From Spirobacillus cienkowskii (GTDB lineage Bacteria > Bdellovibrionota_B > Oligoflexia > Silvanigrellales > Silvanigrellaceae): 64,000 bases of DNA. The position numbers and the translations under genes were made by a program. Below, in pieces: positions 37,265-47,523 of the stretch (the stretch's first letter is position 1; every line of letters starts with the position of its first letter). The notes under the pieces are model-generated. The model did not search any database and was not told where the DNA came from. It saw only the letters and a program-made list of their open reading frames with translations. The stretch covers positions 2,109,577 to 2,173,576 of the forward strand of contig NZ_CP146516.1 in assembly GCF_037081835.1 (NCBI RefSeq), written 5' to 3'.

Positions 37265-39001
37265 ATGGATGATTTTCTTTTTTCAAAGCAGTATTTAAAC
37301 TACAACGAAATGTTATCTGAAATAGAAAATCTCTGCAAAAAATTTCCTAAAAATATATTTTTTGAAAAAATAATTATTGGAAAAACAATAGAACAAAGAG
37401 ATATTTTAGCAATTAGAGTTTACCCACAAGGGCAAAATTGCATTCAACCAACTGTATGGATTGATGCAAATATGCATGCCACAGAGTTCATAGGAACGAA
37501 TGTTGTTCTTGCTCATATTTATAATTTAATTGAGAAGCTTCATCAAAAAGTAAAAAAATTTTTTACAGTCAATTACATATTTGTTCCTAGAATTTGTCCA
37601 GATGGTGTCGAACAGTATTTTACAGAAGGCAAACGCAATCGAAGCAATGCACGCGACAAAAGACATTCAAGCGAAATAGGCTCTCATTGGAATCGATGTT
37701 GTTTAGTTAAAAAACCTGTGCGCGATAACAATGTCCAATTTCTTAAAAATCCAAATAGAGTTGGTTTAATGCGCAAAAAAAATGATGCTGGTATTTGGAC
37801 TTACGATAAAAAATATCCTCAATTATTGCGTCGTAAAGAACTTGGTGATACAGGGCCATTTTATGATATTTATCCCGAAGGCATGATAGAAAATTATGAT
37901 GGATTTAATATTCCTGCTGCAAACATTGTTGCAGAGAATGAGGTTGATCTCAATCGTAACTTTCCTGTAGAATGGAGCCCCTGTTACATAGAAAATATGA
38001 GTGGAAAATACCCTCTTTCCGAAACAGAAAGTCACTCTATTGTTACGTTTGCTGCAAAAATTCCACAAATTTATTTTTGGCTTAATTATCATACTTTTGG
38101 TGGCGTGTATATTCGACCACCAGAATCTCAAGATGACAGTTGTTTATCTATTGGTGATCGAAGCGTTTATTTAACCATAGACAAAAAGCTCGAAGAGATT
38201 ACGGGTTATCCTGCTGTTTCCGGACATAAAGAATTTACATATTTACCAGGAAAACCACTACCAGGATGTTTAACATCCTACTCATACCATGCGCATGGTG
38301 CTTTTAGTTACGTTTGCGAACTATGGGATTTACCAGCAAGAATTGATCGCACAGAACGTCCTTTTATGATGAGGTACAATAATTGGAATACCAAAGAATG
38401 GCGATCAATTTTTGAATACGACCAAAAATTTAATAATAGTATTTTGTTTGGTAGCGAATATTTATCGTATGAACACAGTCAAATAGGAGCAGTGGAAATA
38501 TTTGATTTTCCTTCGGCATTTGGAATCAATAATCCGCCAAAACAATTAATTAAAGATGTTATTGAAAAACAACTTCCGGTATTAGAGTTGATTGTTGACT
38601 TATCCCCACAAATCAAAATTGATGCCGAAATTATAAATAAATCTTCTGAACACATTAATTTTTTACATCTCACTATTGCAAATACTGGATTTTTACCAAC
38701 TTGGATTAGTGATGCCAAAACAAATGCACAAGGTTCAAAAAAAATAATTATTCAAATTACAGATACAAAAAACGCTGAAATAATAGGAGAAAACGTTTTT
38801 TTATTAACAGAATTATCTGGCTATCTCCAACTTGTTAACGGCTGGATTCACAGCCCAGATAACGGAACAGTTCATTGTACAAGCAAAACTATAAAAATTC
38901 CATTTTTAGCTTTAAATAAAGAATCAGATGTTGAAATAAATATTAAAGTAACGTTTCCAAATCTTGGAGAGTATTTAAAAACCGTAAATTTTAAGTTATA
39001 A
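37265..39001 (+). CDS. M14 family zinc carboxypeptidase-like protein
   Basis: Zn-binding HxxE in WIDANMHATEFIG. Size and layout fit M14. The ATG at 37265 has a GGAG RBS. Confidence 0.55.
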   Translation: MDDFLFSKQYLNYNEMLSEIENLCKKFPKNIFFEKIIIGKTIEQRDILAIRVYPQGQNCIQPTVWIDANMHATEFIGTNVVLAHIYNLIEKLHQKVKKFFTVNYIFVPRICPDGVEQYFTEGKRNRSNARDKRHSSEIGSHWNRCCLVKKPVRDNNVQFLKNPNRVGLMRKKNDAGIWTYDKKYPQLLRRKELGDTGPFYDIYPEGMIENYDGFNIPAANIVAENEVDLNRNFPVEWSPCYIENMSGKYPLSETESHSIVTFAAKIPQIYFWLNYHTFGGVYIRPPESQDDSCLSIGDRSVYLTIDKKLEEITGYPAVSGHKEFTYLPGKPLPGCLTSYSYHAHGAFSYVCELWDLPARIDRTERPFMMRYNNWNTKEWRSIFEYDQKFNNSILFGSEYLSYEHSQIGAVEIFDFPSAFGINNPPKQLIKDVIEKQLPVLELIVDLSPQIKIDAEIINKSSEHINFLHLTIANTGFLPTWISDAKTNAQGSKKIIIQITDTKNAEIIGENVFLLTELSGYLQLVNGWIHSPDNGTVHCTSKTIKIPFLALNKESDVEINIKVTFPNLGEYLKTVNFKL

Positions 39002-39013
39002 ATTTTAAAAATA

Positions 39014-39472
39014 TTATTTATTTATAATATCTTCTTCATCAATCCATTCATTAAATCCCTGTTTTCTTAGGGCTTCAATAATAGACGAACGTTCTGTGAC
39101 AATCATTTCTCTTTCACAAAATTTATTATCCAAATATCCACGATGATCATCATAGGGATTACAAATTGCTAGTCGATACTCTTCTAATGGAGCGGCTCCT
39201 ACACTCATCAAATCATCAAAATTTTCTAAACTTACTTCAGAAAAATCAAATCTTAATTGCGAAGCAGGAATATAGGGTAAATTATGCGAGCGAGCAAGAC
39301 ATCTTGCAAGAGTCGATTCATCAACATAATACAAATCAAGTAAGGCATCTGCTACAGATAATTTCCAGTTTTCAGCAAACTTCGTTACAATTATCCAGTC
39401 TACTTTATCGATTTTAACTTCGTAAGAAAGGACTTCAAATAATTTAGGCAATATAAAAGAACTTTTATTCAT
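39014..39472 (-). CDS. hypothetical protein
   Basis: An ORF only. The start is uncertain: TTG at 39514 or ATG at 39472. Confidence 0.3.
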   Translation of the reverse strand: MNKSSFILPKLFEVLSYEVKIDKVDWIIVTKFAENWKLSVADALLDLYYVDESTLARCLARSHNLPYIPASQLRFDFSEVSLENFDDLMSVGAAPLEEYRLAICNPYDDHRGYLDNKFCEREMIVTERSSIIEALRKQGFNEWIDEEDIINK

Positions 39473-39482
39473 ATAAATTCCA

Positions 39483-41330
39483 CTATGAGTTGGTTTGATA
39501 TTTTTGTTTTTCAATAATTTTTTTAACTTCTAAAATTTTAACATTAATTGATTTTGATATTTTAACAATTTCTTGATCTGATTCAATTTGGTATGGAAGC
39601 AAATTTTCTAAAAGTCTATTTGCTTCATAAAAATTATTTAATGACTCATTGTACATTTCATCTTTAAATTGAGCCATTGCCAAATGATACATAATAACTG
39701 GTTCTTCTGGTTCATACTTTAATGCTTCATTTAAATACCGTAATGAGTTAGAAATATCATTTTTTTGGTAATACAACCATCCTAATGAATCCAAGTAAAA
39801 TCCATTTTGAGGATCTATAGATATTGCTTTAAGTAGAACTTTTTTTGCATAATCTAGCTTTTCATTTTTTTCAATTAATGAATACCCTAAAAAATTTAAA
39901 CCATCTGCATAATTTGGCCATTTTGATGCAATTTTTTCTGCTAAAGTAATAGCAGCATCTTTAGACTCTGTGTACTTAATATATTCTGCTTTCTTTAAAT
40001 ATAACTCCCGTGCATTAGGTTTTTTATTAATTGCGTAATTTAAAATACCTAATGCTTCATCATATTTAGAAAAATATGCTAATATATTCGCTTTAAAAAT
40101 ACTATCTTCTACCAAATTATTTTTTGAAATTTCAAATTTTTTAATACTATCTAGCGCATCCATTTTATTTTTAGAATTAATTTGAATAAGAATAATCCCT
40201 TTTCTTGACTCTTGATATAATGAACTATTTTCTGGAACTTCGCTTAAATATTTTAGAGCCTCTTGAAAGCTTCTTAATCCTTGACTACAAAGAGCCAAAT
40301 AATATTTAATGTGAGGATCTGCATAATTCATAGAATCAAGAGTTAATAATCTCTTTTTTGCACCTTCATAATCTTTATTTACTAGTAAAATACGTGCAAT
40401 TTGAAATGAAAATTCCGGAGGAAATGGAACATGCTCATCAGAACTCGATTCTAATTTCAATAAAATTGATAAAGCTTCTTGAATTTTTTTCTGATACAGT
40501 AAAATATTAACATAATTTTGAGCGTTTAAATTATTATCAAGTTCTTTCTCAAATGCTAGTTTAAAATATTTTTCTGCTTCTTTATAATTTTTTTGTTGCT
40601 GTTCAATTTTTGCAATAATTGATATTATTTCTACATTATCAGAATCTATTAAATAAGCGCTCTTAGCATAATTTAAAGATTTTTTATAATTTTTCTCATT
40701 AAAATAAAGCTCAGAAAGACTTAATATTACACTCGTTGATTTAGGATGCTTTAATAAAAATTTTTCTAATATTTTTTTTGATCCTTTATTAATATTTAAT
40801 GCATACTTTACAACAATGGTTTCATTAGAAGGAAATTTTTTATACGCACTTTCTAAGGTTTTAACTAAAGATTTTTGATCATTTTTGAGAAAGTAAATAT
40901 TAGCTAAAGATAGCTCAACATCTGGATTTTTTTGAAACAAAACTGTAAGTTTTAAAGCAATATCAAGAGCCTCATCATATTCTTTTAAGTTAACTAGACA
41001 ATTTACTAAACTAAGTCCACCTGTTAAATTTTTAGAGGAAAAAAAGTTAATTAAATAAAGCTTTTTTGCTATTTCAAATTCTTTTTTTTCTTCAAAAATT
41101 TTACCTAAAAGAAAAGCTTCATCAGATTCCGCTTCAGTTATGCGACTTGCCTCAAAGTCATGCAAAATACGAGTAATACGCATATTTACATAAGATGAAC
41201 TATTTTTATCAATATTTTCTCGAGTGCTACCTATATTTTTAGCAACTTCAAATTTATTTGTTTGACATGCCGATACAAGATATACCAAAATAAAAATATA
41301 AAAATACAACTCAGATCTTAAGGACGACAT
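39483..41330 (-). CDS. TPR-repeat lipoprotein
   Basis: Lipobox LVSAC. Multiple 34-aa TPR-like repeats (AxxYxxA pattern) across the protein. Confidence 0.6.
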   Translation of the reverse strand: MSSLRSELYFYIFILVYLVSACQTNKFEVAKNIGSTRENIDKNSSSYVNMRITRILHDFEASRITEAESDEAFLLGKIFEEKKEFEIAKKLYLINFFSSKNLTGGLSLVNCLVNLKEYDEALDIALKLTVLFQKNPDVELSLANIYFLKNDQKSLVKTLESAYKKFPSNETIVVKYALNINKGSKKILEKFLLKHPKSTSVILSLSELYFNEKNYKKSLNYAKSAYLIDSDNVEIISIIAKIEQQQKNYKEAEKYFKLAFEKELDNNLNAQNYVNILLYQKKIQEALSILLKLESSSDEHVPFPPEFSFQIARILLVNKDYEGAKKRLLTLDSMNYADPHIKYYLALCSQGLRSFQEALKYLSEVPENSSLYQESRKGIILIQINSKNKMDALDSIKKFEISKNNLVEDSIFKANILAYFSKYDEALGILNYAINKKPNARELYLKKAEYIKYTESKDAAITLAEKIASKWPNYADGLNFLGYSLIEKNEKLDYAKKVLLKAISIDPQNGFYLDSLGWLYYQKNDISNSLRYLNEALKYEPEEPVIMYHLAMAQFKDEMYNESLNNFYEANRLLENLLPYQIESDQEIVKISKSINVKILEVKKIIEKQKYQTNS

Positions 41331-41355
41331 AATCTTTTCCCTACTCAATTACATT

Positions 41356-43833
41356 TTACAGTTCTCTTGCAAAACGAAGCGGAATACCATCAAACGAACC
41401 GCTTGACATAAATACTATCGTATCACCAGGAGTAACTCTAAGTTTAAGTGCTTCAAGCAATTTTTCATTGTCGTCAAAATACCGCGCATTTTTACCACAC
41501 GCTTTTGCAACAGCGGCGCCATCTAACACATCGTCTTGTTTCATACGCATATCTTGCGGTACCTTACCAAGAAAAATTTCATCTGCATGAAAAAAGCTTT
41601 TACTCAATTGTTCTTGAAGCACTCTTCTTCGCATTGTAGCATTTCTTGGATCAAAACAAGCAATTAGTTTTCCTTTTTTTCCAACACTCTCCATATAACT
41701 ACGAAAAGCAGCAAGAGTCGTTACAATTGCTGTGGGATGGTGCGCAAAATCATCAAATACTGTAATATTATTCTTTTCTCTCAATAGCTCAAACCTTCTC
41801 TTGACCCCTTTAAATGTTTTCATAGCCTTGCAAATTTTTAAATAAAATGAAGTGTTATCTTTAAATTTTGGAATACTCATATTTAAATTATCATCAATAG
41901 AGTCAAGTAAATTATCGGCATGCAAAATAGCTAAGGCAGCAATAGAGTTTAATGCATTATGGTGACCAAAAACTTGTGTTTTAAATTTTAAATTTTTTCC
42001 GTTTGGCTTAATACAATGAACTTCAATTCCGTCTGCCAACGTTTTATAAGTTTTGAGTTGCCAAAAAGATATTCCTTTCTTTTTTACCTTTTTTGAACCA
42101 AAACCAATTACTTGTGCCCCAGATTTTATTGCAATACGATAGGCGCGTTCATCATCAAAATTTGCAATGACAATGCCGTCTCTTTCTTTTGTTAGTTTTG
42201 CAAGTCTTAAAAACTCATCTTCAATAGCTTCTACATTTGGGTAAATGTCGGCATGATCAAATTCGATATTATTAATTAAACAAATCTTGGGCTCGTAATG
42301 TAAAAATTTTAGGTTGTCAAAAAAAGCGGAATCGTATTCATCACCTTCTAGCACAAATAGATCTTTAGATTTTAAAGCAAATCCTGCTTTAAAGTTTGCG
42401 GGTCTCCCTCCAATTAAAAATGAAGGTTTTTTTTCTATGCTTGTTAACAGATGAGTCACTAAACTGCTTGTCGTCGTTTTACCATGCGTTCCACTAATAA
42501 TAATATTTCTACTTTTTGATAAAAAATATTTTCTTAGTGCACTTGGAAAACTTAACATTGGTATTGTTTTAGAAAGTATTTCTTCTAGCTCATCGTTCTT
42601 TTTTAAAGACGCACTCAATCGACTTACCACATTGGCTAAAATAATTGCCTCGGGTTGATGTTTAGTTATATTTTCTGCAGAAAAACCAACATCTGGCTTA
42701 ATTCCCAAATCCGCTATGACTTTATCCATTGGCGGGTAAATTGGATTATCACTTCCAGTAACTTTATAACCAGCAGCTTTAAACAAACCTGATACTTGCG
42801 CCATTCCGGTACCACCAATTCCTGTCATATGAATTTTAATATTTAATTTATTTTCATCAAAAATTTTACGGCAAAATAGTTCAGAATGAAAACTAGAAGA
42901 AATCATATTTGTATGAATTGGCTTATTTGTAATGGTCACTTCAATTTTATTATTGTTTAGAATAATACTAACTTTACCCTTAGAAACAAGGGGAAAACAA
43001 AATTGATCATGACCAAATATCGGTAAGTCAACAATTGGTATATTGATTTTTTTTGTAAATATTTCGAGCAAAAGTTTTTTATCTAACGGTTTTTCATTGG
43101 AATCTAAGCAACCAGAAAATGTTCCAAGAACAACTGCTATTGTATTTTTTAAAAATCCCGAATTAATGAGTGAATCAATTTTTCTAATTATTTTATATAA
43201 GTGCTCATTACATTCTTCTATAAATAAAATATTTTTTTCTGGTAAATTAAGGTATCGAATTGATGCAAAACTTTCAGCCAAGCTTAAATTTAAAGGTATA
43301 CATATTCCCTCAATTTTTTTAGGCATATTAGCAAATAGCTGTGTTCCAAAAACATAATCATTAAACTGAGAATTCAACAGTTCAAATAAACATTTTCTAT
43401 CTATACTTTGACCATTAAATAAATTATTAGAATATGCATTTAGAGCATGAATATATGTGAAGTTAGGATAACGTAAAGTTAAATAATTGCCTAAAAAAGA
43501 GTTATCAGAAAAACCCACCATTATTTTATCTGAAATTACCGGAGGTAACATATTTTCTAAAAACGGAACTAATTCTGTGCACCCCATACCGCCTCGGGCT
43601 GCAAATAATATTGGAAATTTTCTCATAGTTAACGCATAACTTAATAAAGCAGATCTCTCTAATACTGGAGAAGCAGTAACACCATCTAATGCGGCTTGAT
43701 TTGGTAAAATTTCTGTAACTTCAAACCCCATTTCTTGAAATTTTTTTATTCTATCTTGTTTCTCTGATTCAGAAATTTTTAACTTCCCAGAAGGATGAAT
43801 TATAGCAATATGATTTTTTTTACTTCCATCCAT
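41356..43833 (-). CDS. mpl: fusion protein: N-terminal LD-carboxypeptidase (LdcA, peptidase S66-like) plus C-terminal UDP-N-acetylmuramate:L-Ala-gamma-D-Glu-meso-DAP ligase (Mpl)
   Basis: C-terminal half aligns to E. coli Mpl (GIGGTGM…GSD…YPPM; GTHGKTTT; EGDEYDSAFFD; NNIEFDHADI; FDDFAHHPTAI). N-terminal about 300 aa is LdcA-like (HIAIIHPSGK…). Confidence 0.7.
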   Translation of the reverse strand: MDGSKKNHIAIIHPSGKLKISESEKQDRIKKFQEMGFEVTEILPNQAALDGVTASPVLERSALLSYALTMRKFPILFAARGGMGCTELVPFLENMLPPVISDKIMVGFSDNSFLGNYLTLRYPNFTYIHALNAYSNNLFNGQSIDRKCLFELLNSQFNDYVFGTQLFANMPKKIEGICIPLNLSLAESFASIRYLNLPEKNILFIEECNEHLYKIIRKIDSLINSGFLKNTIAVVLGTFSGCLDSNEKPLDKKLLLEIFTKKINIPIVDLPIFGHDQFCFPLVSKGKVSIILNNNKIEVTITNKPIHTNMISSSFHSELFCRKIFDENKLNIKIHMTGIGGTGMAQVSGLFKAAGYKVTGSDNPIYPPMDKVIADLGIKPDVGFSAENITKHQPEAIILANVVSRLSASLKKNDELEEILSKTIPMLSFPSALRKYFLSKSRNIIISGTHGKTTTSSLVTHLLTSIEKKPSFLIGGRPANFKAGFALKSKDLFVLEGDEYDSAFFDNLKFLHYEPKICLINNIEFDHADIYPNVEAIEDEFLRLAKLTKERDGIVIANFDDERAYRIAIKSGAQVIGFGSKKVKKKGISFWQLKTYKTLADGIEVHCIKPNGKNLKFKTQVFGHHNALNSIAALAILHADNLLDSIDDNLNMSIPKFKDNTSFYLKICKAMKTFKGVKRRFELLREKNNITVFDDFAHHPTAIVTTLAAFRSYMESVGKKGKLIACFDPRNATMRRRVLQEQLSKSFFHADEIFLGKVPQDMRMKQDDVLDGAAVAKACGKNARYFDDNEKLLEALKLRVTPGDTIVFMSSGSFDGIPLRFAREL

Positions 43834-43851
43834 TTCATTCCCCTATTTAAC

Positions 43852-46785
43852 TTATTCTTTAATATTGTTTATTTTAAAGGTTAAGCTTTTTTTATTTTTT
43901 TGAGACTGTGACCACAATACAATCCGAGCATAAGAAATTGAATCTAAAGTATCAAATTGAGACCGCAGTTCATTTTCAATTTTTGGTTTTATCAAATCCA
44001 AAGATACAGATTCTAAATTATCACAAGAAAAAATAAAAATAGATTTATTTTTATCTAAACCATAACAAAACGCCGTATTTTTTGTAGAATCCTTTATTGT
44101 TAATGAAGAAGTTTCTATTTTATTTCCAACTTCTACCTGACAAGTAACTGTATCTGTAGGACTAACACCATTAATATTAAAAATAAATTCGCTTTTTTCT
44201 GACAGTTTATTAATTACACTAACACCATTTAAAAAAACCTTATACTTAAACAAATCATTTTTTAATTCTGTAAAAGCCTTACATAAATAATCATTACTGT
44301 TTTTATTTTTTAAACTTACAGACAGAAATGAACCTATTGTATTTATTTTATTATCATTAATAAAAGTAGATGCAATATTTTTTGGCTGATTTAAAAATAG
44401 ATCGAAAATATTTTTTGAATTATAATTCACTTCCACAAATTTTTCATTATTTTTATAGTAAAAATTTAACATAAAATTTAAATTTTTACTAATTTCCAAA
44501 TTTCTTTTAATTAAAATATTAACTTTTCTATCGCTATCAATTTTAACTTTAGAAAAGGTGATAGTTTTTTTAAATTTACTGTCTATAATATTATTTGCAT
44601 CATTACTAAAACTCTTAGCTAACGTTTTAACTAAATTTTTTTCTAATTTTTTTAGCCCCTTGGTGTATGAAATATTTGTTCCATTATTAACTCTAATAAT
44701 ACAATAATCTTCTTTTTTATTAAGATCAAAATTAAATTCATAATATGAATATTTTTCACCACTTAATTTCTCAATTAAATTCTTAGAAACAATTTGTGGA
44801 TTATCTTTTTTAAAATCAAAATACATTTCTGATGTATTGTTATTTTCAAGTATAAAATTTGTGGATAAATAAAAATTTTGAGGGTCTTTAGCTATTACAT
44901 AACATTTTTGACTACCATCAGCTAAATCAACCAACCCAGAATCATAAATAATAGGTCTTACATTAGGAAGATAAAACTTTATTTTAGATTTATAAAAACT
45001 ATCAGTACTATTTTCAAAAACTTTAATGTTTAAATAAAATTCTGGAATATCAAGATAATCTACAGGCTTATTATTTTCTAGATAAGCTTTAACTTTATAT
45101 AATTCATTATAGCTTATATTTAAAAAAATGTTTTCATGAGCATCAATAAAACATATATTTTTAGTTATTTCAAAATTATCTTCACTAGAAATAGAGCAAT
45201 TTATATCTTTTAATGATTGTAATTTCTTTTTTGAAATTACAAATTCATGCGTACCTTTATTTAAATCTACTAAAAACTCTTTTTTAATCCAATTTGGAGC
45301 ATTATCTTCACTATCTCTAATAAAAAGAGATGATGCACCTATAAAATTTTTATCCAAAACAGAACCAGCAACAATACATGTAATATATTTTGCTTTACCA
45401 GCTAACTTAAAAAAATTACTATTTCTAAAAATCGGCTCTTCTTTATTATCTGTATACCAATATACATTATACATTGCATAATTATTAATTTCTTTTGGGT
45501 ATACACATTCAAGAACTTTATCGTCTCCAACCATACGGAGACTAATTTTTGAGGATACTATTTCAAATTCAGCTTCATTATTATCATTATTATAAACTAT
45601 TAATTCTTTCTTAAAAACCTCACTACCAACTTCTAAAGATAATATTATCTTATCTGAAACAAATAATTTTTTAAATTCATCTGTAATAGTTATATTAATT
45701 TTTACATTTTCATTTTTTACTTGATCTGAATTTTTTATAATTGAACAAGAAATATTGTCATTTCCTAAACAGCTCCAATTAACTTCATTTTCTGGTAAAT
45801 TTAAGTTAGTTTTAAAATCAAGAACCTTTTGACTTTCATTTTTTTTAAAACCAATTTGTGATAAGCCATAAATTTCTAAAAACTCACTATTAATATAAAA
45901 TTTATCAGATTTTCCATTATTATTTTCACATCTATACTCTTGATGCAGTTCAATATATTTTTTTGGCAATATTTTCTCTTTAAAATCAAAAATTTTGTTA
46001 TTATTTTTGTACCATGTTGTTTTATTGTTTGGATTAAAAATAAAATCATTACTTTCACAAATAAAGTATTTATCAAAAAAATTGTTACTAAAAACTAATT
46101 TTGGTGGGATATTTTTTAAGTCTAAATCTTCTTCAAAATTTTTAACGACAAACTGTACACCTGTACTTTTGATAATTTTTTTTTCTTCTTTGATTCCTAT
46201 AGTTAAATTAAAAATTTTATATTTTTCATTACCTATAATATTTTTAATCTTTTTTAAATCAAAATTATTTTCATTCAAATTCCTCAAAGTTCCTGTTTCT
46301 TTATCAATAATTTTACAAAATTCTATTTCAAAATCTGTATTTGCGCTGCTTTCACAAAAATAATAACTGTTCTGAGATTTTTTGCCAAGATAATCAGATA
46401 TAGAAAAATCAAATACAGAAGATGTTGTATAAATTTCTATGCCAGGTGCGCTATTTGGTGTATTACTAAAATTAGAAAAATTTTGATAGGTTTGAACTTT
46501 TTTAAAAAAAAGGCCATCATATAATATTGTTTCGCAAGTAATATAAGGAAATTTTTGTGCCAAAGAAAAATCAATTTCTTTAGTACCTACAAGCATTTCT
46601 CTTTTTTTGTCAATATCTCTAATAATCCATTTTTTTTGAAAAATGGATACGTTATCTTTTTTATCTTTAATTTCGCAACTTAATTTTTTATTCTCATAAT
46701 TTGCTGATATCTCAATATATGAATGATTAGGATAACTGTTATTATCAAAATAATATATATTTGGATTGACAAATGCCATTCTCAA
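43852..46785 (-). CDS. large (977 aa) N/K-rich hypothetical protein
   Basis: Long uninterrupted ORF. No recognisable motif. Several Cys pairs. Confidence 0.45.
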   Translation of the reverse strand: MRMAFVNPNIYYFDNNSYPNHSYIEISANYENKKLSCEIKDKKDNVSIFQKKWIIRDIDKKREMLVGTKEIDFSLAQKFPYITCETILYDGLFFKKVQTYQNFSNFSNTPNSAPGIEIYTTSSVFDFSISDYLGKKSQNSYYFCESSANTDFEIEFCKIIDKETGTLRNLNENNFDLKKIKNIIGNEKYKIFNLTIGIKEEKKIIKSTGVQFVVKNFEEDLDLKNIPPKLVFSNNFFDKYFICESNDFIFNPNNKTTWYKNNNKIFDFKEKILPKKYIELHQEYRCENNNGKSDKFYINSEFLEIYGLSQIGFKKNESQKVLDFKTNLNLPENEVNWSCLGNDNISCSIIKNSDQVKNENVKINITITDEFKKLFVSDKIILSLEVGSEVFKKELIVYNNDNNEAEFEIVSSKISLRMVGDDKVLECVYPKEINNYAMYNVYWYTDNKEEPIFRNSNFFKLAGKAKYITCIVAGSVLDKNFIGASSLFIRDSEDNAPNWIKKEFLVDLNKGTHEFVISKKKLQSLKDINCSISSEDNFEITKNICFIDAHENIFLNISYNELYKVKAYLENNKPVDYLDIPEFYLNIKVFENSTDSFYKSKIKFYLPNVRPIIYDSGLVDLADGSQKCYVIAKDPQNFYLSTNFILENNNTSEMYFDFKKDNPQIVSKNLIEKLSGEKYSYYEFNFDLNKKEDYCIIRVNNGTNISYTKGLKKLEKNLVKTLAKSFSNDANNIIDSKFKKTITFSKVKIDSDRKVNILIKRNLEISKNLNFMLNFYYKNNEKFVEVNYNSKNIFDLFLNQPKNIASTFINDNKINTIGSFLSVSLKNKNSNDYLCKAFTELKNDLFKYKVFLNGVSVINKLSEKSEFIFNINGVSPTDTVTCQVEVGNKIETSSLTIKDSTKNTAFCYGLDKNKSIFIFSCDNLESVSLDLIKPKIENELRSQFDTLDSISYARIVLWSQSQKNKKSLTFKINNIKE

Positions 46786-46865
46786 AGTTCTTTCACAAAG
46801 AGATTACTAGCTTTAACAAACAAATTTAAAACTCAGTCAATTCATATTTTTAAATTTTTTAAAGT

Positions 46866-47396
46866 TTAGTACCTTGGCACAGACGTGTCCACAAACAAAC
46901 TATAAGCATCAATACCGCCTTGTAAACTTCTCGCATTGACAACTCCATTTTCTCTTAAATACAGCACTGCATTCATTGAACGTAAACCATGATGGCATAC
47001 TACAACAACACATTCCATATTTTTAGACCATTGCACCATTTCCTCAAAGTTTTGTTCGGTCAATAACAACGAATTGGGAATTTTCGCAACATCAAACTCC
47101 CACTCTTCCCGCACATCAATAATCAAAATTTTTGCATTTCTTTTTTTCATGATAGCAAGTTCACTAACAGTGATTTCAGATTTGTGCATGTCCTCTAAAC
47201 CCTCATTTAGCGCTTCCATCATAGCTTGAGGATCTTTTGCATGTTTAATTGCCACTTGCTCAATTGTTTCATGAGGTTCATAACCACATTGCGCACAGCC
47301 GCCAACATGAAATTTGCTGTGCAAAAGCGACCTTGCAAAAGGAAAAAATGTTTCAACATCTTTCATTGTGGCCATGAGGCTAAATTTGTTTTCCAT
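46866..47396 (-). CDS. rhodanese-domain sulfurtransferase-like protein
   Basis: Active-site loop CHHGLRS (CxxGxR). The ATG at 47396 (MENKF) has a GGGAG RBS. Confidence 0.6.
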   Translation of the reverse strand: MENKFSLMATMKDVETFFPFARSLLHSKFHVGGCAQCGYEPHETIEQVAIKHAKDPQAMMEALNEGLEDMHKSEITVSELAIMKKRNAKILIIDVREEWEFDVAKIPNSLLLTEQNFEEMVQWSKNMECVVVVCHHGLRSMNAVLYLRENGVVNARSLQGGIDAYSLFVDTSVPRY

Positions 47397-47523
47397 AGAA
47401 TTTTTCTCCCTATAAAAAAAGATAACAGTGAAACATGGTGCCCCCATTTGTTTCAGTAACATGAATGGATATAATCTAAACCAAGTCATGTTAATACTGT
47501 TTTTTAACTTGGAGAGACATTAC

